From an uncultured Oscillospiraceae bacterium (lineage in GTDB: Bacteria > Bacillota > Clostridia > Peptostreptococcales > Anaerovoracaceae), in NCBI GenBank assembly GCA_964619875.1, contig CAZUFU010000001.1, positions 1 to 61,911 on the forward strand: a stretch of 61,911 nt of DNA, read 5' to 3'. Of this stretch, positions 59,976-61,911 are shown one piece after another. Position 1 is the stretch's first letter. Each line of letters opens with the position of its first letter. The notes beneath the pieces were generated by a model, which saw nothing but the letters and a program-made list of their open reading frames with translations, was not told where the DNA came from and searched no databases. Both the position numbers and the translations under genes were made by a program.

Positions 59976-61911
59976 ATGATAGTATCACTGGAATGGTTAA
60001 AAGATTATACAGAAGTTAATGTAAGCCCTGAAGAATTCTGCGATCGTATGATAATGTCAGGCTCCAATCTTGAAACTATGGAAAAAGTCGGAGAAGACAT
60101 GGTCAAGGTCGTAGTGGGCAGAATAGTTAAGATAGACAAACATCCTGATGCTGACAAACTGGTGGTTTGCCAGCTGGATATAGGCGAAGAAGAGCCCGTT
60201 CAGATTGTAACAGGTGCTCCTAACGTGTTTGAAGGTGCTTATGTTCCTGTTGCTCTTCATGGCAGCAGAATACCGGGACCTCTCCACGGACAGCCAAAGC
60301 AGGAAGGCGGCACCAAGATTACCAAGGGCAAGCTTCGTGGAGTGGTATCCAACGGAATGCTCTGCTCCTTCGGCGAGCTGGGTTTTGAGGACAAGGTTGT
60401 GCCTGTAAATCAGAGGGACGGAATCTGGATTCTGGGCGGTGAATACCCTGTGGGAACAGATTTTGCCGAAACCATGGAACTTAAAGATGCCATTATCGAC
60501 TTCGAAATCACACCTAACAGACCGGACTGCCTTTCCATGATCGGTATGGCCAGAGAAGCTGCAGCGACCTTCGGCACTCAGCTCAAGTACCCGGACACAA
60601 AGTGCGAAAATGAAGAAGGAAACGCAGCCGATTATGTAAACGTAGAAGTGAAGTCACCGCTCTGCAAGAGATACGTTGCCAGAGTGGTTAAGGATGTAAA
60701 GGTTGAAGATTCACCGTGGTGGCTCCAGAGAAGACTGATCCATGCAGGTATGAGACCTATCAACAATATCGTTGACATCACCAACTTCGTAATGCTGGAA
60801 TACGGTCAGCCGATTCACGCTTTTGACATTGAAAGCCTGGCCGGTCATAAGATTATCGTTGACACAGCTAAAGAAGGTGAAAAGTTCGTTACTCTTGACG
60901 GCACAGAGAGAACTCTGGACGATAAGATGCTCATGATTAACGACGCTGAAAAACCGGTTGCAGTGGCTGGTGTTATGGGCGGTCTCAACTCCGAAATCGA
61001 AGACACCACCCAGACAATCGTTATAGAATGTGCAAACTTCGAGGCCAACAGCGTAAGAACCACATCCAAGAGACTGGTTCTGAGAACTGAGGCATCCGGA
61101 AGATACGAGAAGGGCATCGATCCTAACCTTTGCGAAGCTGCTGCAGACAGAGTCTGCAGACTTATCGAGCTTATCGGCGCAGGTAAGGTTGTGGGCGGAA
61201 AGGTTGACATTTATCCGCAACCGGAAGCAGCAAAGACTGTTCATGCAAGAGTAAGCAGAATCAACCACGTGCTTGGCATCGAGCTGCCTAGAGAGCAGAT
61301 GGTTAAATACCTGGAAAGCCTTGAAATGAAGGTTGAAGGCTCTGGAGATGACATGTATGTAACAGCTCCGACCGTAAGACAGGATATCGAAATTGAGGAG
61401 GATATCGTAGAAGAAGTTGCCAGACTGTACGGATATGACAATCTGCCGGTTACCATTCCTAAGGGAAATAACGAAGCAAGCCAGTCATACGAAAGAGATA
61501 TCAAGGATCTTGCCCGCGACACAATGTGCGCAATGGGTGCAAACGAAATTCAGACTTATTCCTTCGTAAGCCCTAAGGGAGTAGACAATGTGAGAATTGA
61601 CGAAGACTCATGGGAAAGAGCTTTCGTTCAGATATTAAATCCTTTGGGAGAGGACACATCAGTTATGAGAACAATCCTCACCCCTCAGATGCTGGAGGTA
61701 ATGGGCAGAAACTACTCCAGAAACCTTGACGCTATGAAAGCCTTCGAGATCGGCAACACCTTCATGGCAAACATGATTGATCCTAAGGGACTGCCTTACG
61801 AAAGCGACAATATGTCAGTAGGCGTATACGGCAAGGATGAAGACTTCTTCACTCTCAAGGGAATGCTGGAAGAACTCTTCGACAAGCTGGGAATCAAGAA
61901 AGTAAAATACA
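59976..61911 (+). CDS. pheT: Phenylalanine--tRNA ligase beta subunit (3'-truncated by the window end)
   Basis: MIVSLEWLKDYTEVNVSPEEFCDRMIMSGSNLE... translated by hand, plus the tRNA-binding domain KHPDADKLVVCQLDIG. The frame is open to the window end and was not listed in the track. Confidence 0.95.
   Translation, partial: MIVSLEWLKDYTEVNVSPEEFCDRMIMSGSNLETMEKVGEDMVKVVVGRIVKIDKHPDADKLVVCQLDIGEEEPVQIVTGAPNVFEGAYVPVALHGSRIPGPLHGQPKQEGGTKITKGKLRGVVSNGMLCSFGELGFEDKVVPVNQRDGIWILGGEYPVGTDFAETMELKDAIIDFEITPNRPDCLSMIGMAREAAATFGTQLKYPDTKCENEEGNAADYVNVEVKSPLCKRYVARVVKDVKVEDSPWWLQRRLIHAGMRPINNIVDITNFVMLEYGQPIHAFDIESLAGHKIIVDTAKEGEKFVTLDGTERTLDDKMLMINDAEKPVAVAGVMGGLNSEIEDTTQTIVIECANFEANSVRTTSKRLVLRTEASGRYEKGIDPNLCEAAADRVCRLIELIGAGKVVGGKVDIYPQPEAAKTVHARVSRINHVLGIELPREQMVKYLESLEMKVEGSGDDMYVTAPTVRQDIEIEEDIVEEVARLYGYDNLPVTIPKGNNEASQSYERDIKDLARDTMCAMGANEIQTYSFVSPKGVDNVRIDEDSWERAFVQILNPLGEDTSVMRTILTPQMLEVMGRNYSRNLDAMKAFEIGNTFMANMIDPKGLPYESDNMSVGVYGKDEDFFTLKGMLEELFDKLGIKKVKY

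Overview
This is a 61.9-kb chromosomal segment that looks like a spore-forming Clostridia-class Firmicute. The evidence is Gram-positive RBS usage, YlmC/YmxH, SpoVD/SpoVE-type dcw genes, a BceRSAB module and a group-B [FeFe] hydrogenase. All calls rest on the ORF track plus my recognition of motifs; no searches were run.

Gene content, left to right:
- IscU-like + GGGtGRT gene pair and a convergent radical SAM gene.
- BMP/nucleoside-type ABC importer and a lipoprotein trigger-factor paralog.
- BceRS-AB-type peptide-antibiotic sensing and efflux module.
- ylmC-nrdR-cmk and a class B PBP.
- cdaA-cdaR-glmM-glmS-ahcY operon.
- nhaC, a 7TM-LuxR regulator, dinB, an [FeFe] hydrogenase and a disrupted MFS gene.
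- tRNA-Pro(CGG), lysE, hxlR-xth, proC and an acyl-ACP thioesterase.
- MacB/FtsX-type ABC pair.
- A complete dcw cluster (mraZ-rsmH-ftsL-pbp-murE-murF-mraY-murD-ftsW-murG-murA-ftsQ-ftsZ), then trmH-like and pheST (pheT runs off the window).

No mobile element, CRISPR array or recognisable defence island is visible.

The least explained items:
1. A four-copy 96-97 bp tandem array of promoter-like plus terminator-like units between the PBP gene and cdaA.
2. A 386-aa, signal-less, Cys-rich protein carrying a (Asp-Arg)n tract encoded by a perfect hexanucleotide microsatellite, divergent from mraZ.
3. An unannotated 33-codon Gly/Cys-rich tiny-TM ORF with a sigma-K-like promoter.
4. The uncharacterised IscU-like/GGGtGRT pair.
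5. A GC-rich in-frame tandem-repeat insertion inside a PBP transpeptidase domain.
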